Source: an uncultured archaeon (GTDB lineage: Archaea; Altiarchaeota; Altiarchaeia; IMC4; QMZM01). Taken from it: DNA of 39,145 bases. The DNA lies in NCBI GenBank assembly GCA_964549685.1, contig CAZJVE010000012.1:1-39145 (forward strand). The letters are read 5' to 3'. Shown in pieces: positions 19,107 through 27,726 of this stretch. Within the stretch, counting starts at the first letter, position 1, and the number at the start of each line of letters is the position of its first letter. The position numbers and the translations under genes are program-made. The notes beneath the pieces were generated by a model, which saw nothing but the letters and a program-made list of their open reading frames with translations, did not search any database and had not been told where the DNA came from.

Positions 19107-19769
19107 ATGCGCAAGATGTATGTCATAATTATTGGCTGTGGCGGCACTGGAGCTGCCCTGGCCAAGCACCTTATCAACGAGGAGCATGAGATAGTCATCG
19201 TTGAGAAGGATGAAAAAAGGGCGAAGGAGCTTGCCGAGTCGATGGACGCTCTAATCATAAACGGCGACGGAAGCAACCCCGAAATTCTCGGCGATGCAGG
19301 AATCGAAAAGGCCGATGCCGTCGTGGTTCTGACGAAGGACGATAACACCAACCTGACCATCTGCCAGATTGTGAAGAAGTTCGACACCACGAGGATTGTC
19401 TCCAAGGTGAACGACCAGAGCAAGCAGGACCTCTACATCGGGCTGGAGATTACTGCCGCGATAAGCCCCATTGCTGCTGTCGTCAGCTACTTCAAGAATG
19501 CAATAACCCAGGGCACGAGCAAGAGCGTCGCTTCAATAGGCAAGGGCAAGGCCGAGATAGTCGAAATCAAACTCTCAAACGAGGAGCTGGAGGGAAAGAA
19601 AATCAAAGACGTGGATATGCCTGCGGGGTCGATGATATGCCTGATATCAAGGAACGGCGATGTTATAATAGCTTCTCCTGATGAGATTCTGAAGAAGAAC
19701 GACCTTCTTACCGTGGTTACAAAGACCGAGGCGTCGAAGGACGTCAGCACTATTCTAAAGGGGAAATAA
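19107..19769 (+). CDS. trkA: TrkA family potassium uptake protein (RCK_N + RCK_C)
   Basis: IIGCGGTG, GDGS, AGIEKADA and DDNTNL; start is ATG 19107 or 19116. Confidence 0.9.
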   Translation: MRKMYVIIIGCGGTGAALAKHLINEEHEIVIVEKDEKRAKELAESMDALIINGDGSNPEILGDAGIEKADAVVVLTKDDNTNLTICQIVKKFDTTRIVSKVNDQSKQDLYIGLEITAAISPIAAVVSYFKNAITQGTSKSVASIGKGKAEIVEIKLSNEELEGKKIKDVDMPAGSMICLISRNGDVIIASPDEILKKNDLLTVVTKTEASKDVSTILKGK

Positions 19770-19808
19770 AGCCGTCCCTATTCTAAATAAAAATATCAAC
19801 CCAGCTGA

Positions 19809-20747
19809 TTACGCCGGGTATGGCTCGGGAACCGGATAGCTGTCTATGAGCTTCTTCTTGTACATCTCCTTTGCCAGCTCCTCGTAGCGGTTCTTTATGG
19901 CCGATTCAGGGATGTCTGAAAAGCTGATTATCTTCTGCGTGCTCTTGTCGTTGGTCATCCTTCCGGCAAGGAAGAGCGCAGCAGCCGCTATGCTTATAGG
20001 GACCTTTCCTGCGATTATTCCCTTCTTCCTGGCCTTTTCGAGCATCTCTATGGCCTTGGCCTCGGTCTTTCCTGAGACCTTCAGCTGGCTCGCGAGTCTT
20101 GGCACATAGTCTGCCGCAGTGATTACGGGCATCCTCAGGTTCAACCTCCTGCAGATGGTCCTGTAGCTCCGGCCGATGTCCTTCTTCTTGACTCCTGAGA
20201 CCTCCCTCAGCTCGTCCAGCGTCTTTGGAAGGTGATGGTTCCTTGAGACGAGATAGATTATGGCCGCTATCACGCTCTCTATGGAGCGGCCCCGGACTAT
20301 TCCCTGGTTGACGCACTTCCTGTACCAGCGGGCGCACTCTTCCTTTATGTTATCCGAGACGTTCAGATGAGCGCACATCCTGTCGAGCTCCGGCAGGGCG
20401 ATGGAAAGATTCCGGTCTACCGACGTTCCCATCCTGCTCCTGCGCTGCCACTTCCTCAGCCTGTAGAGCTGAGCCTTCCTCTCGGTTGGAATGGCGCTGC
20501 CCTTGATGTCCCTGTCGTAGCGGTCAATCTCCGTTGTAAGGCCGATGTTCTGCTTGGCATACTTTATCGGGCCGCCTGTTCTTGCCCTCTTGTTCATCTG
20601 GTCCTCGTCGAATGCCCTCCACTCTGGGCCGAAGTCGAAGACCTTGTCGTTCAGAATCAAACCGCAGTCCTTGCACAGAACCTCGCCGTGTCTGTAGTCT
20701 ACAATAGAGTTATTACTCCCGCATGCAGTGCATGTTTCTTCTTCCAT
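19809..20747 (-). CDS. tfb: Transcription initiation factor IIB (divergent second cyclin repeat)
   Basis: Zn ribbon CTAC/CKDC, GPEWRAF B-reader, RLRKWQRR and RGRSIE; SD GAGGTGG precedes ATG 20747. Confidence 0.95.
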   Translation of the reverse strand: MEEETCTACGSNNSIVDYRHGEVLCKDCGLILNDKVFDFGPEWRAFDEDQMNKRARTGGPIKYAKQNIGLTTEIDRYDRDIKGSAIPTERKAQLYRLRKWQRRSRMGTSVDRNLSIALPELDRMCAHLNVSDNIKEECARWYRKCVNQGIVRGRSIESVIAAIIYLVSRNHHLPKTLDELREVSGVKKKDIGRSYRTICRRLNLRMPVITAADYVPRLASQLKVSGKTEAKAIEMLEKARKKGIIAGKVPISIAAAALFLAGRMTNDKSTQKIISFSDIPESAIKNRYEELAKEMYKKKLIDSYPVPEPYPA

Positions 20748-20920
20748 TTTACCACCTCGAAAATAACCAACTGAAAAGGAAGCATGAAGTCTGAACTGAA
20801 TGCTCCAGGGTCCAACCACCTGAAGAATTATATAATAATTATATCCAGCCTTCCTCCTTTACATATCTAACTATGTCGCTTCTCCTTTAAATACTTTTCG
20901 GTTCTGAGAGCAGGGGAAAA

Positions 20921-20935
20921 CAAAAGGTATATAAG
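20921..20935 (+). promoter_or_regulatory. BRE/TATA box for the Cys-rich small ORF
   Basis: caaaaggTATATAAg ends about 26 nt upstream of ATG 20961, the spacing expected for a leaderless archaeal transcript. Confidence 0.6.
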
Positions 20936-20960
20936 GCAGCGCGAACAAAAAATTAATAGG

Positions 20961-21080
20961 ATGTGCTGCAAGGACTGCACCCAGTATGCGGGTTGCGCCG
21001 AGAAGAACGGCGATGTGTGCTGCGGCAAGTGCGAATCTTTTGAGGACGGGAACTGCACCTTCGGCATGGTTGATGTTTAA
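20961..21080 (+). CDS. 39-aa Cys-rich (metallothionein-like) microprotein
   Basis: MCCKDCTQYAGCAEKNGDVCCGKCESFEDGNCTFGMVDV*; 8 Cys; TATA upstream and T-run downstream; below the ORF-track length cutoff. Confidence 0.7.
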   Translation: MCCKDCTQYAGCAEKNGDVCCGKCESFEDGNCTFGMVDV

Positions 21081-21123
21081 GAGTTTTTTATCCCCTGTAT
21101 CCTAATAATATCTCATTCTCCAA

Positions 21124-21198
21124 GGGCCCGTAGCTCAGTCTGGTTAGAGCGCTCGACTCATAATCGAGTGGTCGAGGGTTCAACTCCCTTCGGGCCCA
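21124..21198 (+). tRNA. tRNA with CAT anticodon, most likely tRNA-Ile2 (agmatidine-modified)
   Basis: Cloverleaf GGGCCCG/CGGGCCC-A, D arm GCTC/GAGC, anticodon CTCGA-CTCATAA-TCGAG, T arm GAGGG-TTCAACT-CCCTT; the GGGCCC acceptor is typical of archaeal tRNA-Ile; CCA not encoded. Confidence 0.93.
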
Positions 21199-21233
21199 AA
21201 CTGTTTTATTATATTCCGCCAATAATCTAACCA

Positions 21234-21602
21234 ATGGACATTACAATCCAGGTGTATCTGACGACCAGGAAGGACACACTTCCAGACCTCTCATCGTATA
21301 AGACGGAGGCCGAGTTCTATGCGTGGAGAAGCGGGGTAAAGGGGGTGGCCCTGCGCACCGACGTATTCAATGAGATAACGGATGGGATATTCGAGGAGGC
21401 CGAGAAGCATGGGGTGGTGGCGGGCTACGCGTTGATTGAGCACCCCACGGACGATATGTGGGAGGCAAACGACGAGATTGCCAAAAAGCTCAGTGAAATG
21501 TTCAAGCAGAGGCACTATCCGTTCAGCTGGGGGCTCTCAAGAAACGAGAAGATGTCACCGGGCACGTTCGTGGTCTCGCTGGAGATTGTAGTCAAGAGAT
21601 AA
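21234..21602 (+). CDS. Hypothetical protein
   Basis: 122-aa ORF with normal codon usage that fills the gap; no recognised motif. Confidence 0.65.
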   Translation: MDITIQVYLTTRKDTLPDLSSYKTEAEFYAWRSGVKGVALRTDVFNEITDGIFEEAEKHGVVAGYALIEHPTDDMWEANDEIAKKLSEMFKQRHYPFSWGLSRNEKMSPGTFVVSLEIVVKR

Positions 21603-21930
21603 ATTTCTCCCTCGCCGCCTTCACGGTTCCAGAGACCCCGAGGACCTTGAGGATGCACGGCTTCTTGGCTATGTCCTTCACGAGCGCCATGGATGCGCGA
21701 ACCTCATCAACTGTCTTGTGCGTTACCTTCAGGATGCCTTTCTTCTTCCTGCTGTCCCAGTCCATGAGCCATAGCCCGGTCTTTGAGGTGCCGAGCTCGC
21801 CCAGGAAACTGAGGCAGGAGTTCTGAATCGCCCTGATTATTTCGTCCCTCTTGAAGGATGAGTCCGAGACTGCCTCGAATGCAAGATAGCGGTTCCTCTC
21901 CCTCTGGGTTGGGGGTATGGGCTTCAGCAT
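21592..21930 (-). CDS. rnp2: Ribonuclease P protein component 2 (Pop5/Rpp14)
   Basis: PPTQRERNRYLAF, FLGELG and VLGVSGTVK. Confidence 0.93.
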   Translation of the reverse strand: MLKPIPPTQRERNRYLAFEAVSDSSFKRDEIIRAIQNSCLSFLGELGTSKTGLWLMDWDSRKKKGILKVTHKTVDEVRASMALVKDIAKKPCILKVLGVSGTVKAAREKFIS

Positions 21931-22676
21931 TTTGCGATTCCGGATAGTGAGTATATGAGCAGCACCCCGATTAACAGCGCGGTTGTATGGAGCACGAGCC
22001 GGCTGACCGTCCGCTCCTTGTGGAGCTCGGGCATGAGGTCTGCCGTTGCTATGTAGACGAAGCCTCCTGCGGCTATCGCGAGTATGTAGGGGATTAAATG
22101 CTCAAGACTCGTCAGGTAGAGATACCCTATGAACGCCCCGAGTATTGCGGTCGTTGCAGAGATGAAGTTGTATAGCAATGCTCTCTTCTTTGTCAGGCCC
22201 CCATGAACCAGGATGGCGAAGTCACCTATCTCCTGGGGAATCTCGTGCAGGGCTATGGCAAGGGCGGTTATGAATCCAATCTGCACGCTTGTCAGAAACC
22301 CGGCTGCGATTATTATGCCGTCTATGAAGTTGTGCACTCCGTCGCAGAGGAGGTTGAGATGCACGACCGGATGGACATCGCACTCGCCCTGGGTGCAGTG
22401 GTGCCAGTGGATGACCTTCTCTATAAGGAAGAAGACGAGTATTCCCACGAGAATGAGAGTGAATGCCTTCGTTCCTATCGCCTCTGCGGCCTCGGGGCCG
22501 AGATTGAAGAACGCCGCTGCAAGCATCGAGCCCGATGCAAAGGCAACGAGCATCAGCATCATCCTGTTAAGGAGCTCCTTCCTCAGCGAGAGGGTGACTG
22601 CTCCAATCAGGGATATGAGACTTATCAGAACGACGGTCGCAAGTATGAGAAAGAAGGTCATATAAGAAAATGGCAT
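21924..22676 (-). CDS. ZIP family metal (Zn) transporter (start may be 22661)
   Basis: HNFIDG and HEIPQEIGDF signature motifs, His/Cys loop HWHHC, DLMPELH. Confidence 0.93.
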   Translation of the reverse strand: MPFSYMTFFLILATVVLISLISLIGAVTLSLRKELLNRMMLMLVAFASGSMLAAAFFNLGPEAAEAIGTKAFTLILVGILVFFLIEKVIHWHHCTQGECDVHPVVHLNLLCDGVHNFIDGIIIAAGFLTSVQIGFITALAIALHEIPQEIGDFAILVHGGLTKKRALLYNFISATTAILGAFIGYLYLTSLEHLIPYILAIAAGGFVYIATADLMPELHKERTVSRLVLHTTALLIGVLLIYSLSGIAKC

Positions 22677-23803
22677 TAGAGTTTAAATAGTCGGCCCTGC
22701 AGCTCCCAGCGCGCCCAGCCGGGTAGGTCGGTGACTATGTCTATCTCCCTTGAGCCGAGCTTCAGTTCCAGCGCCCTTTTCAGCATCGGGAATTTCCAGG
22801 GGCTTACTGGTTTGTCCCTGAGCGGGCCGTCCATAACGGGCCACTTCTCGTGGGAATTCCTCAGGACCGTGGGGTAGAGGTTGAGAATTCTCTTGTAGGC
22901 AGGGGTCTGCTCTATGTTCTTCTGGAGCCAGGCGATTGCGACTGCCTCAGCCGCGACTATGTCCCGGCTTGCGAATACGAGGCCGGGGTCCGGCTTTGCG
23001 ACGTGTGACTTCTGGACCCTCAATGGCCCGATGAAGTAGTCCCTGTCCGGGCCGAACGTCGTCTGCAGTTCAGTGGCTGCATAAAGAACGAGCCGGAACT
23101 TTGGCTGTATCGCAAGGAAAATCTCGGTTATCATCTTATGGATGTCACAGTCGGGGTCCCTCTTTACCATTGACGTCAGTTCCCCAGAGACCCTCTTGGT
23201 GAAGAACTCGCCCGCGTGCCCGTTCAGGTGCATCTCCAGCCGCGAGTCGTTCCTGAGCAGGCCGACCTGGTTCTTCAGCCCGAGAGTGACCCCGGTCATG
23301 GTGTGCGTGCTGACTCTGGGAAGGCCTATGATGTGTTCGACCTCGTCGATTATTTCCGTCACAAAGAAGCCCCGGGGCCAGTTCTTTGCCTCGTAGATTT
23401 TCTTGTTGACATAGCCGTCCCAGCCCAGCTCCTCGAAGGCCATGAGTTCGGCTCCGGCGTTCCTGGCTGCCTGTGCAATTCCCGACCTCTCGAAGCATTC
23501 CATGGTCGAGCCCTGCGTCCTGCCGTCCGCGGTGAGCATGACCCACCCGACACCCGAGTGGTCGCCGACGATGACCCTTGCGCCCTTCTCCCTGAGAATC
23601 CTGGCTACTGTCTCGACGGCAAGGGGGTGGGTAGTAGCAGGATATGGATGCGGAGAATTCACAGAAGGTTTCAGAAGGACGGTATCGCCCCTGTCCAGCC
23701 AGTCGAGGTCTGTTGTCTTGTGGAAGACGTCTTCTATTCCCCTGGCGAAAACTCCGTCCGGGCTCCGCCGGGGAATTCCTGCAGCGTGTACTTCCGAGGC
23801 CAT
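22676..23803 (-). CDS. DUF362 domain protein
   Basis: VLLKPSVNS, TTHP, STHTMTGVTLGLKNQVG, ASRDIVAAE. Confidence 0.85.
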   Translation of the reverse strand: MASEVHAAGIPRRSPDGVFARGIEDVFHKTTDLDWLDRGDTVLLKPSVNSPHPYPATTHPLAVETVARILREKGARVIVGDHSGVGWVMLTADGRTQGSTMECFERSGIAQAARNAGAELMAFEELGWDGYVNKKIYEAKNWPRGFFVTEIIDEVEHIIGLPRVSTHTMTGVTLGLKNQVGLLRNDSRLEMHLNGHAGEFFTKRVSGELTSMVKRDPDCDIHKMITEIFLAIQPKFRLVLYAATELQTTFGPDRDYFIGPLRVQKSHVAKPDPGLVFASRDIVAAEAVAIAWLQKNIEQTPAYKRILNLYPTVLRNSHEKWPVMDGPLRDKPVSPWKFPMLKRALELKLGSREIDIVTDLPGWARWELQGRLFKL

Positions 23804-23830
23804 TTATCTTCTGGATTTTAGATAATATTG

Positions 23831-24247
23831 ATGGGAAACAAAAAATGCGAGGGCTGTTCGCAGAAGAAGGTCTGCCAGGATTCCCTCGCATCCTGGGTGT
23901 TCTTTCTGGTCGGGATTATCGCGACCGTTGCATTGAGAGTGATAGTCGTCGTCGAGGAGATTGACCCAAGCTACGGCAGGATTGCCTGGTACGTCGGGGT
24001 CATCGGATTCATCCTGTTCTTCATCTACAAGTTCAGGCTGCTTAGAGCAAGCGCAGCGATAATAAAAAAGAGCGGCCTTCGTCGCAAGCTTGCCGAGAGC
24101 GGGGAGCTTAAGAGGGAGGACTACAAGCTGTTGAGCGAGCTGGTCTGCGCGCAGGACAATTGGAAGGAAAGAGTGAACTTCTTCGTTATCTTTTTCCTGT
24201 CAAGCCTGGCCCTGCTCTTTGCGGTCTACCTTGACTTTTTCGGCTGA
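23831..24247 (+). CDS. Small membrane protein with N-terminal CxxC-x5-C
   Basis: Three TM helices; KKCEGCSQKKVC at the N-terminus. Confidence 0.7.
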   Translation: MGNKKCEGCSQKKVCQDSLASWVFFLVGIIATVALRVIVVVEEIDPSYGRIAWYVGVIGFILFFIYKFRLLRASAAIIKKSGLRRKLAESGELKREDYKLLSELVCAQDNWKERVNFFVIFFLSSLALLFAVYLDFFG

Positions 24248-24664
24248 TTCCATGGCCTTCTCGAGGACGCTGTTTGCAAAGTCCCTTGCCAGCTCAAGGT
24301 CCTTCTCGTTTGGTCTGCCCCTGTTCATGAGGTAGAGAAAAGCGCCGGTGCATCCCCATTTGTCTATCACATCGATGCCCTTCTTCTCGAGAATTCCCTT
24401 CATGGATTCGATGGCCTTTGTCTCTCCAAGGTACGTCCCGAAGACCGCAGCCATCTTTATGCCCTTCAGATTCTCAAGGAATTTGACCATGTTTCCAGTC
24501 AGCTTTTTGTTGTAGCAGCCCGAGCCGATGAATAGAAGGTCGACGCCCCCCAGCTCCGGCTCGTCCTTTATGGACTCTGCCCCGGTGCCCATCTCCCCGG
24601 CCATGGCCTCGGCAACCTTTTTCGTGTTGCCGCTCTTCGAGCAATAGACAACTGCGACTTTCAT
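24200..24664 (-). CDS. Flavodoxin family protein
   Basis: YCSKSGNTKKVA, IGSGCY and GRPNEKDLE; start corrected to ATG 24664. Confidence 0.9.
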   Translation of the reverse strand: MKVAVVYCSKSGNTKKVAEAMAGEMGTGAESIKDEPELGGVDLLFIGSGCYNKKLTGNMVKFLENLKGIKMAAVFGTYLGETKAIESMKGILEKKGIDVIDKWGCTGAFLYLMNRGRPNEKDLELARDFANSVLEKAMESAEKVKVDRKEQGQA

Positions 24665-24701
24665 ATTTAATCTATCTGCACACATAATAAAATATAATAC
24701 G

Positions 24702-25241
24702 ATGACAACTGAGGCTATGCTGCAGGACACGCTGAACAGGGGCTTCAAGCTCTTCAGGAAGCAGTATGTCGCGCTGATTCTCGGTACGCTGCTTGCGACC
24801 ATCGGCTCCATATTCATAATCACCCTGCCCCCGCTCTTCTTTGGAGTGAACTACATGGCAATCCAGGTCATGAAGGGGAAGAAGGTGAAAATCACCGACG
24901 TCTTCAAGGGCTTCGACTATTTTGTTGTTAGTTGGGTCATGTTCATCGTCGCCTTCATTGCAATAGTGATTGGATTCATCCTCCTGATAATCCCCGGCTT
25001 TCTGCTGCTGATTCTGTTCCAGTACGCGGTTCCCATCGCAATTCTGGAGGGGAGAGGCGGCATAGATTCCCTCAAGAGGAGCGCAAGAATCGCGCAGGAC
25101 AACCTCGGCTTCTCGGTAATCCTCTGGATTTTTGTAGCAATAATAGACGGCATTGGGGGAGCGCTCCGGCTCGGCTGGTTCATAAGCCATCCCTATGTCG
25201 TGCTGTGCACATGCATCGCAGCGAAGAAGCTGAGCAAGTAG
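24702..25241 (+). CDS. Integral membrane protein (DUF975/GDPD-membrane-like)
   Basis: GFILLIIPG, IDSLKRS and four to five TM helices. Confidence 0.75.
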   Translation: MTTEAMLQDTLNRGFKLFRKQYVALILGTLLATIGSIFIITLPPLFFGVNYMAIQVMKGKKVKITDVFKGFDYFVVSWVMFIVAFIAIVIGFILLIIPGFLLLILFQYAVPIAILEGRGGIDSLKRSARIAQDNLGFSVILWIFVAIIDGIGGALRLGWFISHPYVVLCTCIAAKKLSK

Positions 25242-25285
25242 GGTTTTGGTTCTTTTCTGAAAAACCTACCCTTATTTAAAGGTTA

Positions 25286-25324
25286 ATGTTATATATATCT
25301 AACATAAAGTTAAAAATAAATAAC
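25286..25324. promoter_or_regulatory. Two tandem GTTA-N8-TAAC palindromes, the probable operator of the XRE regulator
   Basis: ATGTTA-tatatatc-TAACAT (25286-25305) and GTTA-aaaataaa-TAAC (25309-25324), just downstream of TATA ttatttaaa (25272-25280). Confidence 0.7.
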
Positions 25325-25338
25325 AAAAAGGTGGAAAA

Positions 25339-25746
25339 ATGGACGACAAAACGAAAACTATTCTGATGGGGGTTCTCTCGGTGCTCTTCATAGGGACGCT
25401 GCTGCTCTGGCTCGGGACTGTCCTGGGCAAGGGTGAGGTCGGGAACGCGCTGATTCTTGCAGTCCCTGCAGCAATCCTCGCCGCGCTGGCCATCGGAGTT
25501 TTCTTCAGGAACTATAAGAGCGTGAAAGGGGGCTTTCCCATTGAGGATGAAAGGTCGAAGAGGGTTATGGAGAAGGCAATGGCTAAGGCGTATCTCATAT
25601 CCATATACCTATTGCTCGCGATAGGCTGGGCCTCTGATGACCTTATCCAGTTCAGGGACGCCTCGCAGGCGACGGGTGCAGGGATTATAGGCATGGCGAT
25701 AGCCTTCGCCCTGTGCTGGGTGTACTACAGCATGAGGGGTGATTAG
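25339..25746 (+). CDS. DUF2178-like membrane protein
   Basis: EDERSKRVMEKAMAKAY motif; SD aggtgg. Confidence 0.8.
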   Translation: MDDKTKTILMGVLSVLFIGTLLLWLGTVLGKGEVGNALILAVPAAILAALAIGVFFRNYKSVKGGFPIEDERSKRVMEKAMAKAYLISIYLLLAIGWASDDLIQFRDASQATGAGIIGMAIAFALCWVYYSMRGD

Positions 25747-25747
25747 G

Positions 25748-26074
25748 ATGAAAAACACGCTCTGGTACCTGGGTTTTCTGTCCGCCCTCAGTTTGCTGTA
25801 TTTCGTCGAAGGAAAAATAGGTTTCCTCGGCTTTCTCGGATTCGTCTCATACTTTACAGTATACAAGATGAACGACGAAAGAATAGAAAGAAATATTGGG
25901 AGAGCAACAACCAACGCCTTCATGTACACAGTATTCTTCGGATCAGCAACAATCGCATACGGATACCTCACAAAGAACACTGGAATAATGCCCCCGGCAT
26001 TCGTAATCTTGTTCGGAGGGGCCCTGATAATCTGCCTGCTATCCCTCTTCTACTACGACAAAACAGGCAAATAA
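25748..26074 (+). CDS. DUF3796-like membrane protein
   Basis: GFLGFLGF and [11 protein letters not shown]; SD gggtgat before ATG 25748. Confidence 0.75.
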   Translation: MKNTLWYLGFLSALSLLYFVEGKIGFLGFLGFVSYFTVYKMNDERIERNIGRATTNAFMYTVFFGSATIAYGYLTKNTGIMPPAFVILFGGALIICLLSLFYYDKTGK

Positions 26075-26075
26075 A

Positions 26076-26267
26076 ATGAAAACCCGCATCAAGGAATTCC
26101 GGGCCCGCTATGACCTGACGCAGGAGGACCTGGCCAAGAAGGTCGGAGTGCGCAGGGAGACCATCGTCTTCCTGGAGAAGGGGAAGTACAACCCCTCCCT
26201 CAAGCTGGCCCACGATGTTGCAAAGGCGCTCAAGACGAGCATAGATGAGCTGTTCATCCTTGACTGA
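26076..26267 (+). CDS. XRE-family helix-turn-helix transcriptional regulator
   Basis: [32 protein letters not shown]...IDELF. Confidence 0.95.
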   Translation: MKTRIKEFRARYDLTQEDLAKKVGVRRETIVFLEKGKYNPSLKLAHDVAKALKTSIDELFILD

Positions 26268-26297
26268 GGATTTAAGGAGAATATCATAATATACTAT

Positions 26298-27305
26298 ATG
26301 ACTGTTAGAAGGGCTATTCTGGTTTTGTTCGTAGCCGCATTCCTGGTTGGCTTTGCCGCAGCCGATGTCGACCCGAGGGACATTCTTCCCACCACGGAGG
26401 AATTCCAGGGCGCGTTCGGAAGCGACTGGAAGCACCCGTGGGATTTTCCGACGGACCATCCCCTGTACGAAACACAGGGGGAGATAGAGGACGAATTCGC
26501 GTTGGGGCTGGAGATGGCAAGCTCTCCTGAAATGGCCGAGATGTTCGAGGATCTGGACCTGGAAGAGCTTGGCGTAGATATCGAGGAGCTTCTTGGCGAT
26601 GCTACCGGCGGCCAGAGCCTGGGCGACATGCTGTCAGAATCAGCCGAAATCATAGAGAATTCCGCCTATGCAATAGACAAATACATTGTTACGTACGGGG
26701 AGCTGGAGCAGAGCGGCGGGGGCTACGCGCTGGACAGGCTGGAGGCGAAGCTCCAGGTGCAGGTCATGGACGAGGACTACGTAAGGAACCATCCGGAGGC
26801 CATTGATGCTGAGATGGCAACGACCATTGATGTCCCGGATGTCAGCGGCCCGGGCTTCGACATGGAGGTCATTGAGAAGGGCTTTGGCGATACTTCGAGC
26901 TGTGCACAGACCATATCCAACGGAAAGGTCTACAGCGAAACCTGCGCCGTGAAGGTCTGTAATTTACAGTTCAGCATCGAGCTCATCCGTTCAACAGATG
27001 AGCATGTCTGGAACCACGACCAGATTGACGCTCTGCTTGAGATTGTCGAGGCCAGGATGGAGGAGAGGGTCTCGGACGACCTCTGCACGGTTACGGAGGA
27101 AGCAGAAGATGAATCCACCACTAGCGTGGAGGCTGAATCCACCTCGACCACCGTGGAAGAGGAAACAACGACCGTGGAGTATTTCGAGAACCAGGAGGAG
27201 ATGAAGGAGAAGGCCGCCGATATCCTGCAGATAATCATGGACATCGTGAGGGACATCCTGAGATACATACAGAAAACCCTGAGCGAGATGCCGCTCACGG
27301 AGTAG
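26298..27305 (+). CDS. Hypothetical secreted acidic protein with Thr/Glu linker
   Basis: Signal peptide MTVRRAILVLFVAAFLVGFAAA; strongly acidic; ESTTSVEAESTSTT linker; C-terminal amphipathic helix. Confidence 0.75.
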   Translation: MTVRRAILVLFVAAFLVGFAAADVDPRDILPTTEEFQGAFGSDWKHPWDFPTDHPLYETQGEIEDEFALGLEMASSPEMAEMFEDLDLEELGVDIEELLGDATGGQSLGDMLSESAEIIENSAYAIDKYIVTYGELEQSGGGYALDRLEAKLQVQVMDEDYVRNHPEAIDAEMATTIDVPDVSGPGFDMEVIEKGFGDTSSCAQTISNGKVYSETCAVKVCNLQFSIELIRSTDEHVWNHDQIDALLEIVEARMEERVSDDLCTVTEEAEDESTTSVEAESTSTTVEEETTTVEYFENQEEMKEKAADILQIIMDIVRDILRYIQKTLSEMPLTE

Positions 27306-27306
27306 A

Positions 27307-27660
27307 TTACTTCCCGAACCTTGTGGCAACCACGTCTGCAATTATTCCGTAGACCATGCTGAAGCCGAGCAGATTGATGCCGCCCATTACGTTTCCATCT
27401 GCTATGGACATTATGCTCATGGCCATTCCAACGCCGATTCCGAGCAGCGCGCCCCGCAGGACCGGATGCAGCTTTATCCCGTCAGCCAGTCCGACAACGA
27501 AGCCCAGCAGAATCCTGTTGTAGATTATTACCGCAAGCATTCCAGCGGTCAGGGGAAAGCCCAGCTCCCCCTTGTCGGCCATCCAGATGGTGCCATAGGC
27601 GCAGAATAATCCGGCCAGCAGACCGATAAAGGTCGCAATCAGTATCCTCTTGGTGTTCAT
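27307..27660 (-). CDS. Hypothetical four-TM membrane protein
   Basis: Start corrected to MNTKRIL at 27660; YNRILLGFVVG and LRGALLG. Confidence 0.75.
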   Translation of the reverse strand: MNTKRILIATFIGLLAGLFCAYGTIWMADKGELGFPLTAGMLAVIIYNRILLGFVVGLADGIKLHPVLRGALLGIGVGMAMSIMSIADGNVMGGINLLGFSMVYGIIADVVATRFGK

Positions 27661-27726
27661 TTTTTTCACGTTCCCTATAGATATATAGTTTATTCCAATA
27701 TTATATTCCATAACTGAGGTGTTTAA

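Noticed and set aside
18999-19423. Long overlap between argB and trkA, and similar extensions of the HAD, YunC, flavodoxin and 27307 ORFs
   Set aside because: These are artefacts of longest-ORF start choice; internal ATGs give non-overlapping divergent genes.
21124-21602. Integrated element at tRNA-Ile
   Set aside because: No duplicate of its 3' end was seen by eye in the window, and no integrase.
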